Positions 51,811 to 64,000 of a DNA stretch of 64,000 nt are shown here, one piece after another. The DNA is taken from assembly GCA_965153285.1 (NCBI GenBank), contig OZ229111.1; one strand, 5' to 3'. The position numbers were made by a program, and so were the translations under genes. Source of the DNA: Podarcis tiliguerta (lineage: Eukaryota). How positions within the stretch are numbered: position 1 is the first letter of the stretch; every line of letters begins with the position of its first letter. Below the pieces are notes generated by a model. It searched no databases. It was given only the letters and a program-made list of their open reading frames with translations, and had not been told where the DNA came from.

Positions 51811-54800
51811 GGGAAGAATGCTGCATAAACAGTCAAACAGATGAGTTGCTACTTATCTAGATGAGTGGAGTCTTACTGAATGCTTTCTAATGTCATACCC
51901 ATCCCATGGAAAATGGCAAAAGAGCTGATCTTTTAATCAAATTTGATATAATGATATGTATGTTGACCTGTGGCTCAGTCTGTTCCGATTTTCTCCCTCT
52001 GCCCCAACCTTAGAAACAACTAAAGAAACAGGGAGACTACTGTAAAATAGTGAAGCCATGTGCATCTTATTAGCGATCTGCACCAGGCAGGAGGGAACCA
52101 TGACAAAGAATGCTGTGTAGCAGGAAAACACAGAATGCTGAGCCGTATCACACTAATATAGTAGCAGTACCTGAAGACATCTCCTCTGAAATAGCTTTTT
52201 GCTGGACAGCAGCCATTTAATCGAAGATGGCCCTGAGACATGACATGATTCAAAAGACTAGCTTCAAACCTTCAGCATATTTTCCGAGTGAAGTGCTGTG
52301 CTCAAAAAGTCCTTGGGGACCCGTGCTGTACGTTGAGCAGAGAGCCACAGCCGTGAAAGGAGAATTTTTATCCTTTTGTAATGTGAAAGGCATGTTTTCA
52401 TTCTATGAAAAATGTGAGAGCTGGTTTACTGTAGCAGCTAAGTGCATCAACTACAATAAGCCAGGAAGTCCTCAGTTCAAAGCTCATGTCAAACATAAAC
52501 TTGCTAGGTAGACTGAAGCAAACCACTGCCTCATAACATCAGTCCGCTATCTGCAAAGGGATCATGAGAATGGCCAACCTCACAGCATTATTGTTCTAAG
52601 TTATTACTGATGACATATGCGAAGTGCTTTGAAACCTTTAAAAGCATCATACGCATTTAATTTTAGCTCACTTATATAGAGCTTGACCTACCCTAACACA
52701 GAAAAGCATCTGTAACTTAAATGTTCGTGAGGAACCCCAAGACCTGGCTTTTTGTTTTTCTGAAGGATGCATACAACAAGGAAAACAAAATGTATGCTTT
52801 GTTCCTTACATTTATATTCTACTGCCCTCAAACTGAAGATGGTGTGCATTGTTCTCTCTCTCCCACTCCTAATCCAACACTCTTAAGCACTCTAAATATT
52901 AGAAATTGGAATACTATTGGTAAAGAGCAGGAGGTGACATAACAGACTTAGCTCTGATTGGGGAGTGCGTCACTGCACAGATATTTTTTTCTTTTTGTAA
53001 CACACTCTTGTATGCCTCACCCAACAAGAGTAGCCAGTCCCAAGGGTATGGGGTGGCAACCCGCCAGCAAGGGAAGACAGCTTCCATCATGGGCTTGAGT
53101 GAGAACCAGATGCTCAGCCCCACTTCCTTGCTTCAGATTGTTTTGATGGGAGCTGCTACCTGATATGACATCAGGGAAGGACAATGACAGGAAGTGCTTG
53201 AATAACCCTGGTTCTGAATGGACACTATATAATTTATGCTCCTGTATTAGGTTTGTGTATGATATTATTCTGAGAATATTTTGCAAGTCATTTTCAACAG
53301 CCTGCAGGACTATAAAGCAAGGATTTAAGTATTCCTAAATATGAAAGCTAAAGTTCTATGGTTTCAGCAAAACTGCAGAATAGTTATACAGGGATCGCCC
53401 ACCACAATAACTATCAGGCTGCCTTCTTTTATACACTCTTGTTCTCAAAATGGGCTTTTCACAGTCCATACAAGATGAATGGGCTGCCTAAATCGTTTCT
53501 AGGGTTGTCATTGGTCTGGCAAAACATTTGTGCACATTTCATGCAAATAGTATTAAGTGTGGTTGTAGGAGAATGGAAAGTCTTGAGCACACATTGTTGG
53601 CATCCTTGAAATACAGTCACAGTAAAGGACAAAAGAATAATGTGTCTTCCTTGCTTGTCTGAAGCTGTTTAAGATTAATTGACATGGTGCTTAGCTATGT
53701 CTTAGTGGAAGTTGTTGCCATGGGAACCTTTACTGAATTACTGATTATTTTAAACAAGCCTACCAGCAATCTGTTGAGTCCAGCATTTTGTTCAGGAAAG
53801 TCATAGCCTTGTGCTGTCCAGTAGCTTATGGCTGTTATCCTAGATTTGTAGCAATTATTTCTCTACAAATTCAGCTGGGCAGTATTCACAGTGACCACAT
53901 ACTGTCTAGTTTAAATAATGCCCCATCTCTTATTGGTCCTTCATAACTCAGCTCCCTTTTCATCACAACTTCCCCATATCTTCTCCAGAGAGTTGGGGAA
54001 AACCCTGGAACAGCATGTGGAGGGAGGAAAAGAGAGATCATGCCATTGGCAGAACACTATCCTTAGTACTCCGTTGAATGCAACTCAGGTTTGTAGCGTC
54101 CACAGAGTCTTGTGGGAGGTGGAGGACTGATCAACATGGCATGCATGTAATCTTCAGTTCCTTGGTGTTTGTTTATTGTGATAATAAATCTACTAATGTT
54201 TTGGATCGAGCAGTGTTTCCCTATATTGTGGTGGCATTAGGACCTGGGATACCAGGATTCAAATCCCCACTCAGCCATGAAGCTCACTGGGAGCTAGGGG
54301 AGTGTGACCAGTGCAGCTGCACTGGGCACAGAGCTTCTGGAGCACCAGAGCAGACTTCATTATTGCTCCAATTCAAGGCAGGGGGAGGGAGGAACACACC
54401 AGGGTTTGGCATAGCACAGGGTGCTACTGAAATGTGAGACACCAAGGTTCACCTTGAGCCAACCACAGTCCCTTGACCTAATCTGTAAGAAGAGGGACCA
54501 TGAATGAACCCTTGAACTCCTTTGAGAAAAGATATTTTAATAAGTAACTCATTTGCAGGTAGCATCTCACACCTTGGATGAACTTTGTGTTGTGGTCTGT
54601 TGGCTAGGAGCTATCCAGGGTCCTGAAGTAACCCACAGTAACTCTGCATCCTGGAAATTTACTTCAGGTTTCTGCCATCTATCAGATCAACATACATGCT
54701 TATGATGGGCAAGACCCACATTGCTGCTTTTTAATGTTAGCATGGATTCATTTGTCAATACATTAGTAGCTGCTAAAGTCAACTACACATAGCATGTGGT

Positions 54801-56245
54801 GGGCCATGGTTTATTGTACAAGTTGGGCAATGGTGGTCCTCAGTCAAGTCACTCTTGTCTCTGTTTCCAGTTATAAAATGGGGAATAATACTTCTGTCAT
54901 TTATTTTCAGAAAGCCTCTTAATGTTTTCAAGTGTTTTGGTAATGCAGCTAGATTCATGTCCATCTGGCTTGCATTAGTAGGGCTAATGAGCAGCAGAGG
55001 CTGGTTCTGTGTTTCCAGCGGGCTTTAGTCAAAAGTTACAAGCATACAATGACAGCTGGATTACAGTCTGCCAACAGACTGCTTTTCAGATTATCTTTGG
55101 CACACCATGTCCCACATGAATGAAATATCCTCAAAAAGAAGAGTGCTGTTGTATGAGACCAAAGGTCCAACTAGCCCAGCACTCTTTCCCATAGTTGCAA
55201 GTCAGATGCTTCAACAAATCCTAGAGGAAGAACGGTAACACATCAACCCTTCACTCCTCTTGCCTTTCCCCCAGTAATTATTAAATCTGAGGCATATAGC
55301 CTCTGAAGTGAGAGTTTCATTCTCATCACTGCCCCCCCCCCCACTTTGGCCCAATGAGAAAAGCCTTTGAAAGGATGGAAAACAGGCCACTTTTTGGCCT
55401 CCCATCTTGAGACCACACACCAAACATTGCTTCAAGATTCAAAACATGCCTGCAACAGGATGAGGATACACTGCAACATTTTGTTGCACTTGTCCCCTGC
55501 CGGTGATGGCCAGTAGCTATTTGTCATCCTATCTTCTGGTTTTATGAATTCAGGAGAAAGAAATACCTCTATCCACTTTTTCATACAATGCACAATTTTA
55601 TAAATTCCATAGCCCCCAATCATTTATTTTTCTTTCTCTGCAAATGAGAAACACTGATTTAGCCCCTCTGTTTATAGGCACAAACAAAGCTGTACTTATT
55701 TTCTTCCCTGTGTTCCCATCCTCTTCCTTAAACTCCTCATATGAAAATGGAGTCACAAACTCCAGGTCCTAAGGTCCCTGGGCAGCCCTTTCCTGACAAG
55801 GGCATGCCTACCCTAACACAAACAGCACAATGGCTGTGTGGAAATGTAAACATGCACTTCCCTAGTTCCAGTTAGTTTGTTTGATTTTCCTGCTAGAAAG
55901 GTACCCCATATGTAAAATAAGTTTGCGGTAATGTTTGAAAGGATTCCAAAGAATGAGAGCGTTAGCAGCTGTGACATTATTGCACTCGGAGGAAGTTGCC
56001 ACTAAATTTAATACAGTCCCACTAGGACGCGTCACCTGAAGTTGTAGCATACTGCTGAGCCATAGGGAACCAAGAAGTATATGATCAAGAGAAGCTGCTC
56101 CACAGGCATGGCAGCTATTTTCACTGTATAAACAGCTTGTGCAAGAGGAAAATCTGGCCACTTCCGTATAATATATTCTACGTGCACAAGCTGCTCTGCA
56201 TAGCTTATCACTCTCCTGAGCATCTTAAATGGCATGATCATTGAA

Positions 56246-56418
56246 AGAGCCATAGCTCAGTGGTGGAGCGCCTGCTTTGAATGAAGATGGTCCCAGAATC
56301 GATCCCTCCCATCTCCAGGTAGGGCTTGGAGGGAACTCTACCTGAAACCCTGAAGGTCCGCTGTCAGTCAGGCAACACTGAGCTAGGTGGAACTGACTTA
56401 ATACCAGACAACTACTTA
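56246..56418 (+). mobile_element. Old tRNA-derived SINE
   Basis: agagccatagctcagtggtggagcgcctgctttgaatgaagatggtcccagaatcgatccc: A-box and degenerate B-box, followed by a non-tRNA body. Confidence 0.65.
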
Positions 56419-56624
56419 TTTGTGCACAAACATAGAGAAGTGCAATAATCTTTCTGAATTTATGCCAGTTTCATGATAAAGCAGGGACATTTTGTTTGCT
56501 ATTATGTAGGCCCATGCACAGATAAAGAGAGTTGGGCACCTATGATCAGTATTTTTTCTGACAAATCTGTTAAGATGCTTGATTGATACATTTAGTATAT
56601 TTAAACAAGACCTAAATAGACCTT

Positions 56625-56977
56625 AAGGGGACGCAGGTGGCACTGTGGGTTAAACCACTGAGCCTAGGGCTTGCCGATCAGAAGGTTAGCGGTTCGAATC
56701 CCCGTGATGGGGTGAGCTCCTGTTGCTCGATCCCTGCTCCTGCCAACCTAGCAGTTTGAAAGCACATCAAAGTGCAAGTAGATAAATAGGTACTGCTCTG
56801 GCGGGAAGGAAAATGGTGTTTCCGTGTGCTTCTCTGGTTCGCCAGAAGCGGTTTAGTCATGCTGGCCACATGACCCGGAAGCTGTACGCCGGCTCCCTCA
56901 GCCAATAAAGCGAGATGAGCACCGCAACCCCAGAGTTGTCTGCGACTGGACCTAATGGTCAGGGGTACCTTTACCTT
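56625..56977 (+). mobile_element. Sauria SINE, full length
   Basis: A/B-box head (ggtggcactgtgggtta ... ggttcgaatcc), ACCTTT tail, and perfect 12-bp TSD taaatagacctt at 56613 and 56978. Confidence 0.93.
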
Positions 56978-57065
56978 TAAATAGACCTTGGCCCAGTTTA
57001 ACACTAAGCTGAACTACGGCTTAGAGAGAACAGGCAAGATAGATATTTGCAGCTGTCATTAGCTC

Positions 57066-57205
57066 AGAATTATAGAGTTGGAAAGGACCCTGAGAATCAC
57101 CTGGTCCAATCCCCTGCAATGCAGGAATAGGCAGCTGTCCCATATGGGGATCGAACCTGCAACTTTGGCGTTATTGACACCACGCTGTATCCAGCTGACC
57201 TATCC
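57066..57205 (-). mobile_element. tRNA-head / CR1-tail SINE
   Basis: Minus strand has a tRNA-like head with a ggttcgatccc B-box, then the CR1 3' end (ggtcctttccaactctataattct). Related CR1-tail fragments lie at ~8448-8550, ~31697-31765 and ~39962-40025. Confidence 0.7.
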
Positions 57206-58530
57206 TCAGGCTATTGCAGTTTAGGTACTTGCAGTAGAAGTGCAAGTACCTTGCAGTAGAAACTAAACAAATACAATTGCAAAGCTAAACTAAAAGTAAC
57301 CTCCTTATTCTGGGAGCAAGTTACTGCTCATAGTTTGGGGGGGAACAAACCATGGGCCAAGGTTCATCTGTAATGCTCAGTCAAACCATAATTTAGCTCC
57401 AAGGTAGCACGGTGGCAGCAGAACTGAAGGAGACGCAAAGAGTCTGCAATTTCCCTTCTGGATACCTGCATACTTGTGCATTCACGCTAAGGTTCAGCAT
57501 TAGGTACCAACAAAGCAGATATATTATTTAGAGAATTGTTTTCAGCATAACGCTTGAACTGAGAGATGCACCAGATTACCCTACCTGAATATCTAACTGC
57601 ATGATCCTATTCACATCTGCTCAGCGACACATCCCACTGAGTTCAATGAAGATTATCGTCAACTGAGCGTGTATAGGATAGGATACAGATATTCAGCCTT
57701 GTCTTTATAAACATACACTTTGAATAAATTACTTATGATTGATTAAACAGATGCTCTTCTCTGTATCATTTCCTTACTATATTCCCCCCTCTAATCACAT
57801 TGTTATTTATTTGCATTCACAAATTAAATTAAAGGTTAAGAATAGCTTTACGGTCATTCTGAGAGCCTAACCGCACTATAATTTTTTTTATCCATTTTAA
57901 TCCTGTCATGGCTTCCTCAGAATTTTGGTTCGAAAAGGGGTGTTGAAAATCCTGTCAGAGATCCCGAACTCCTGTCACAGCAAATACATATGCCAGGATT
58001 CCCTGATGAGAGGAAATGGCTTTGAAAGCAGTTTAAGTCTGTGGTGTTAAGATATACACTGAATGTCTAATTTAATTAAAATTTACATCCCAGTTTATGT
58101 AGCCCCAAGGAACTCTCAGAGCAGTTTGCAACAATAGTTATTATAAAACACAGAAAGGCCACAATAAAATCAATGTTTAAAATTATTGGAAGATGTAGGA
58201 AACGGGGCCAAAGGTTTCCCACCATAGTGCTGAATTCTTCCTCTTGAATCTCGCAACCTTCAACTGATGCCTGAAGCTTGACCAATAAGTGTAAATTATT
58301 CTGTGTTAGTCTGAATTAAGTGTAGGATTAGTTAGACCAATATCCTGATTACAGTGTTTTATTTCCATTTTGACCTGCATGCTTGCTATTTCTCCTCCTT
58401 CCTTTTTTTTTTTTTTTTTTTTGCATTGACTCCTTTTGGAATGAACTGTTTAATTGGATTTCTGGGCTGTATTGGTTTCTGCACACACCAATTAAACTCC
58501 CACGTGTTTAGGCTGCTTGGGTACTACACT

Positions 58531-58707
58531 AAAAAGTAAAAGTAAAGGACCCCTGACAGTTAGGTCCAGTCGCAAACGACTCTAGGGTTGCGGTGCTGAT
58601 CTCGCTTTACTGGCCAAGGGAGCCGACGTTTGTCCACAGACAGTTTTTCAGGGTCATGTGGCCAGCATGACTAAATCGCTTCTGGCGAAACCAGAGCAGT
58701 GCACAGA
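58531..58707 (-). mobile_element. Sauria SINE, 5'-truncated
   Basis: Reverse complement of the Sauria SINE 3' half (gtaaaggacccctgac ... cgcttctggcgaaaccagagcag). Confidence 0.85.
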
Positions 58708-58712
58708 TTGTT

Positions 58713-58981
58713 TTTTTTGGGGGGGGGGGGGTTTAGAAGAAGAGTTTGGATTTGATATCCCGCTTTATCACTACCCTAAGGAGTCTCAAAGCGGCTAACA
58801 TTCTCCTTTCCCTTCCTCCCCCACAACAAACACTCTGTGAGGTGAATGAGGCTGAGAGACTTCAGAGAAGTGTGACTAGCCCATGGTCACACAGCAGCTG
58901 CATGTGAAGGAGAGGGGAATCGAACCCAGTTCACCAGATTATGAGTCTACCGCTCTTAACCACTACACCACACTGGCTCTC
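58713..58981 (-). mobile_element. tRNA-derived CORE SINE (Squam3-like) with 16-bp flanking direct repeat
   Basis: Minus strand starts agagccagtgtggtgtagtggttaagagc with a ggttcgattcc B-box. It carries a CORE-like gtgacc[a/t]tgggctagtcac and ends in (TCT)n. Flanked by cagtgcacagattgtt at 58697 and 58982. Confidence 0.85.
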
Positions 58982-60519
58982 CAGTGCACAGATTGTTAAA
59001 ATATGTGGTACTACAGACAAGGTGAAGCTGGAATTCAGCTGGCTGCTCCCCTACTCTCAAGAAAACCACCATAGTGAGGTAGGAATCTTGCCCATCCCCT
59101 TGCCCTAGGGACACGTGAGTGGTTGGCAGCAGCAGAGAGGAAGGACTAGGCTGGGTTCCTCAGGGCTGTTAGCCTACCTTGCAAGATTGGTGCTGAAATG
59201 GAGGGTTGCCCTGTCATTACCAATTGCCACTACTACTGCTATTTAGATTCATTACCTGCCCGTAGGGTGGCTGCAATTATCTAAAAATGCAATATTACAA
59301 TCAATCAAAACCAATGTGTTCTGCATTGCACAGTGTCCTTTACTATTTTCCTCTTTGGTTATTCGTGCTTTTCTTATAGCTCATATCTCTTACTGCTTCC
59401 AAAATGTTGTTTTGCTTCTCCTCCTGCATTCCCCCCTTCCTTGCTGTGCCTCTATCAAAGCCACTTTCCACACAATCATCTCCAACAAGTTAACGTGATA
59501 TGTGACAAATGTCCAAGTATTGTTTTGCAATCTCAGGGTATACAAACTAGAATTTTATGAGGAAATATATAGAATTGTAGCCAATAGTGGCTTTGTGTTA
59601 GCAGAAAGCACTTCAACTTATGTAAGGAACAGGCATCAGCTTTTTGCTGATTTCTCCCTGCCCCCATCTACTGCAGCTCTCAGCACCGTATCATATACTG
59701 TTCCATATGGTTACCATCCCTCAGGAGCAGTGATGGGTGAATATGCCAATTTCAGCTTTCCCTTTCTTATTTATTCCACTATTCAGTTCCGTTCTCTACA
59801 CTCCTACACCAGTTTGTTTGGTGTGTGTTTTTAAGTCCTCATGAAAAATTCATCAGCACAGTATTTTAGTTCAAATTTTTATTAATATACACATTCTTAT
59901 ATGCCGTGTTGCCATTGCAAGGCAATTTCCCTCAACAGACTGCATTTTTATATGTTATTTTTTACTGTTATATGCATTAACATGCACACTTTACACTAGA
60001 AGATGCACTTTTTGTACGGAATACTGGACTGGAGAACTGTACTTCAACATTCAGAAAAGTGAGATTTCCAAAGGAAGACTGTGTTTTGGTTTGCATATCA
60101 TTTTGGAAACTGCAAATCAGGGAAGTTCACTTTTAAATGTGAACCGAGTTGAACTGAATTGAACTTCTCCCCCTTCCATACTAAGGAGTATCGGAGGGGG
60201 GCATAGGGGGGCTGTACTGGACAGGGGGGTTTGGTTGTCCTACCTAGCATAAGGGATGTGAACCCTGCTTTCCCTGGTCACAGTCCAATACTCTAACCAT
60301 TACACTACACTGGCTCTTTATTTATTTATCATTTATACCCTGCCTTCTATACACTTGATGTCTCATCCTCCAACAGCACAATACCCCGGGGGGGGCGGGG
60401 GGATGATGCAAATAGTAGTTGGAAGAGGTGCTGTTATGGATCCCGAGTCCCTACTGAGTTACAACTCTCCTACTTTCCAAAGAACTAGGTTTGCTTATTT
60501 CTTGTAATGTGGTCTTCTG

Positions 60520-61080
60520 AAAGTGTCTAGAAAATGCAGCTGGTATATAAATAACCCTGCAACCAGATTGCTCTCAGAAGTTCATGGCATGGTTCAATGG
60601 TTCAATCAACTCCATTAATTTGAATTGTGTTAGGAAATGAACCAGGAGCCCTGCAAAAGGCTGATCATTATCTTCAAAGCTCTGAATAGTTTGGGATCAG
60701 GATATTTAAATGTCAGGCTTCTGCCACATGAACCTGCCCATCAGTTGAGATCTTCAGCAAAGGTCCAGCTCTGTGTCCCACCTCCACTTGTCAATGTAGT
60801 GGGGCAGGATCTTTTTGGTAGTGGTGCCTAGCTGTCCCAGGGTCCCCCACTTTACAGGTGTTCAGATATTCAGTTAAATCTGCTTTGTTTAATCAGTCCT
60901 TTGGATTGGAGTTGTTTTTATTTTCTCTTTAGTTTGCTATTCTGGTGCTATGTTGTTGCAGATTTATGTTAAGTTCTTTTTGTGTATATTGATCAATATT
61001 GTTGCATTTTTTTAATTACTTTTGTCTTTTATGTTGACTTGAAAGCCTTTGGTGGAAAAGCAGACTAAAATGTTTTAACA
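60520..61080 (+). mobile_element. L2 LINE 3' remnant
   Basis: ORF 60637..60831 (FKALNSLGSGYL...HQLRSS...LCVP) matches the L2 ORF2 C-terminus, followed by a T-rich 3' region. Confidence 0.7.
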
Positions 61081-62677
61081 TGTATGTCTACTCAGTGTCT
61101 TTTTTAACACAACTGGGTGCACAGTGCATGCTGCCAGGTTTGGCTTGTGTGGAATGAGTTTTTGCCTTTAATTGGTGGAACTGGCTACCTCTTTGTGCCT
61201 GTAGTTTGAAGAGCAGAGGTGCTTAAATTGAAGCAAGACTGCGGGCAAAATGCTATCACAAAAATAACATTTTCTCCAGCATCTTTTATCTTCTGCACAG
61301 TAATTGTTTGACAGAGCTTTGATCACTTGACAGAATGTCACATAACAATGGTATGTTGCTAAATATAACCTGACTTGAAATCTAGCAGCTCCAGTGGGAA
61401 TTTTGGTGTGAAACTAGTCACACTTCCCCAGTGGTTAGTGCGGTATATTTACTACTAGTCATTCGTTTTTTAAGTTATATAAATAATATAATCATGTTCT
61501 TTGGCAAAACTTAATAGACTGATCTGTCCTGGGGGAGGGAGGGAGTCAAGTCAGGGGTGGGGGTGGGGGACTCTTTGCATTAGGACAATTGTATGTTTAC
61601 TTCTGACAAGAAATGAAGAGCTCCTAAGAGGAGGTGATTAATAATTCTGTTCATGTTTATTTCTCTGGATACAAGACTTTTTCCTATCTTTATTTATTTT
61701 TTCCATAGAATGTAGGAGACAGAAGTGTTCTTTTAAAGTGAGAAAATTTGCATTTCAGAGGAGAAAATGTGTATTTCTAGGAGAGGTAAATGCAAGCCAC
61801 TGGGACCATTCCAAATTCTTGCTGGCCCAGAAAGTAAGTTTTGTTGAAAACAAACATTCTGTCAGGAACTGTGAAATTGAATCACCTGTTTACATTCAAA
61901 ACTAAATTGCAAAGTTGCAAAGTATCTCAGGAGCGGGAGGAAGTGTTGAAAACTTTTCCTTTGGATAGCTTTCAGAAATTTAAATTCTGGCACTTCACAT
62001 ATCTTTGGGAAGGTGGCAACAGTGATGCTTCTTGGTTCTCTGGCATCTACATGGAACATCTGTTCACCTATTCAAGTAGACCAAGGATTTTCTTGATGGC
62101 AAATGACCATTAAAAATGAAATAACTGCTATGGGGGCTGGGGAGTGGGTATCTGTGTGAGTGTCAATGAGAGGGGAGGTGTGAGGCTTGCTATAAGATAA
62201 TCAGTCTCTGAGCACTTTTAAAAGCAGAAAAGCTTTGTGATTCATTCTAAAGGGAAGGACAGATCCCTACAGATAGTGCGCTCTGAAAAGTAAGGCTTAC
62301 TTCACTACCTTTGCATAAGAGAATTTGGAGTAGTCCACCCCATATCAAAGGACCCATAGGCTCACCTTTTCAGGTATGCTAGACCAAGACTAGGATGTAC
62401 CCTTTTTTAAAGGTCACATACTTCATTCTACTTCCAGTTCTTCTCCAAAGCACTCTAAGAACTAAGTCTATATTTCAGTTTAAGTACTTTCTTTATTATG
62501 CTTCCAATAAACAATTCTCTCTCTCTCTCCCTCTCCCTGTTTCTTTCTCTTGTGGTTAAGGCTGCCATCTGGTTCAGCTATGAGTAAATCAAGGGAATAG
62601 AGTTAATTTCCAGCCTATTAAAATTATTTTGTTGGCTGTTGCAGCAGCCCTTGGTATCTATATGCATTGGCCTAGAG

Positions 62678-62794
62678 CAGGGTAGGGAAAACATTTGGCC
62701 CTGCAGATGCTGACCATGAGCCCTGCTATCTGGTACAGCTGGGAGTTTGGAGTTTCCACAACATCTGGGAGGGCCATAGGTTTCCCATCCCCTG
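62678..62794. mobile_element. Palindromic hAT MITE, degenerate
   Basis: cagggtagggaaaacatttggccctgcagatg ... catctgggagggccataggtttcccatcccctg. Confidence 0.65.
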
Positions 62795-62929
62795 GCTAAA
62801 GAAATGGCCCATACTACCAAAGACTGCCAAAGTTATAATTTTTGATATCTTGATATGTGTGTAGATATCCTTTCAGAAGAGTTACAATCCTCTGCAAGAA
62901 CATATGCCTAGTATTCATAGGTGCAATAT

Positions 62930-63800
62930 ATTTTTGTTTTCAAATAGGTGCAGATGAAAGATTCACATGGATGTTAAATAGCATGGGCGAAAGGATGGGA
63001 CCTTGAGGAACCCCATAGTCATGGAGCCAAGCACCACTGTTCTTGGTATGTCCAGCCTTATAGGACTAGAGTCATTGCAACAGAGTTCCTAGCAGTCCCA
63101 TGTCAGCCAGAGGTCCCAGAAGGATATCAGAGTTAATGGTATTGAAAGCTGCTAAAGGGTTCACCAGCACCAAAATGTTACACTCCCCTGGCTAGCTCCT
63201 GGTGAAGGTCATCTTCAAAGGGCAACCAAAGTAATTTCAGTCCAAAACTAGGTTGGAATCCAGATGGGAAAGAATCTAAACAATCACTTTTCTTCAGCAA
63301 AGCTTGGGAGTTGAGTAGTTACCACTCTACCGCCTTCCTCAAACTAAACAAATTAGAGAGTAGCCAGGAATTACCCTGCATGGTAGAATCAAATGAGGGC
63401 ATGTAAACTAAATGCAGCACAACTGCTTCCTTTATTGCCACAGGATTACTGTTCTCCTCTGGAGATAGATTTACAACCTCAACCACCCATCTGGCCTGTC
63501 CTCCTCTGGCAGCTTAATCGGGCAAAATGGACATGGATCAAACAAGAAAGTAGTTGGCCTCAGTCCTTTGAGCAAGCTGCCCACGTTCTGAGGCTGTGCA
63601 CGCTGAAAGCTATCCAACAAAACAGAAAAGCAGCCGCCTCTCACCATCATAGATCCTGTTCTCAATGTGGAGCAAGACAGTGCTAGTGTGTACTTGCAAT
63701 GTGCTGTGCATAATAGTTCCAGTAAGCTGCCAAGGGTTCCTCCTGTAAGAATTCCTTGGAATAACTCCTCTGGCCAAGCCAACACAGCAGGGCAATGGTG
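62930..63800 (-). mobile_element. L2 LINE RT remnant
   Basis: Minus strand contains tatggggttcctcaaggtccc (YGVPQG) and ttagcagctttcaataccattaac (LAAFNTIN); degenerate, boundaries approximate. Confidence 0.7.
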
Positions 63801-64000
63801 ATGGCGAACTGTGATTTCTTCGCTGTTGCAAAAACAGGTCTAAAATGAGCTCTAACCAATGTTCAGCTGAATTCATTCCTAGTCTTTCTCCACGGTCACT
63901 CTAGCAGCCTAGCCAACCATTGTGTCACGCTGAGCGCCACCAGTTGAAATCTCCTTATAACAGGTCCCCAGCCTCTGCAGAGGTCAGGAGCCCAAGATCT

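Noticed and set aside
56246-56320. tRNA gene
   Set aside because: Degenerate T-arm/B-box, no proper acceptor stem or terminator, and it continues into a SINE body. The same holds for the SINE heads at 33652, 56625, ~57200 and ~58980.
291-63876. About 200 ORFs of 60-166 aa in the six-frame track
   Set aside because: They are intronic or intergenic, low-complexity or TE-derived, with no recognisable domains. Only those overlapping RPTOR exons or LINE remnants carry signal.
51216-64000. Start of the next gene (CHMP6 follows RPTOR in human)
   Set aside because: No CpG island and no MGNLFG-like first exon were seen; the region is repeats and unique intergenic DNA.
1-64000. CRISPR arrays, operons or prokaryotic defence systems
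   Set aside because: The sequence is vertebrate, intron-rich DNA, with no regularly spaced repeats or long prokaryotic ORFs.

Overview
This is vertebrate nuclear DNA, not prokaryotic. Sauria SINEs, Squam3-like CORE SINEs and Bov-B/RTE, L2 and CR1 fragments point to a squamate, most likely a lacertid lizard. The window holds the 3' third of RPTOR (Raptor, the mTORC1 scaffold) on the + strand: 11 GT-AG coding exons between 251 and 48946. They splice into one 1200-nt frame from TADDAED... through the WD40 beta-propeller to ...SVEKRIR-stop. Exon sizes match human exons 24-34 as I recall them, so that numbering is inferred. A ~2.3-kb 3' UTR follows, ending at a poly(A) signal cluster near 51.1-51.2 kb, then ~13 kb of repeat-rich intergenic DNA. 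The supplied ORF track is mostly noise, apart from exon-overlapping frames and LINE remnants. There is no clear new multi-gene system. Best leads: (1) a frame-preserving 48-nt candidate cassette exon (24968-25015) inserting a PKA-type RRVS peptide into the WD40 domain; (2) retention or polyadenylation of the last intron would give an NMD-escaping Raptor ending in the peroxisomal signal -SKL; (3) a 63-bp copy of exon 27 sits in intron 25 between direct repeats.
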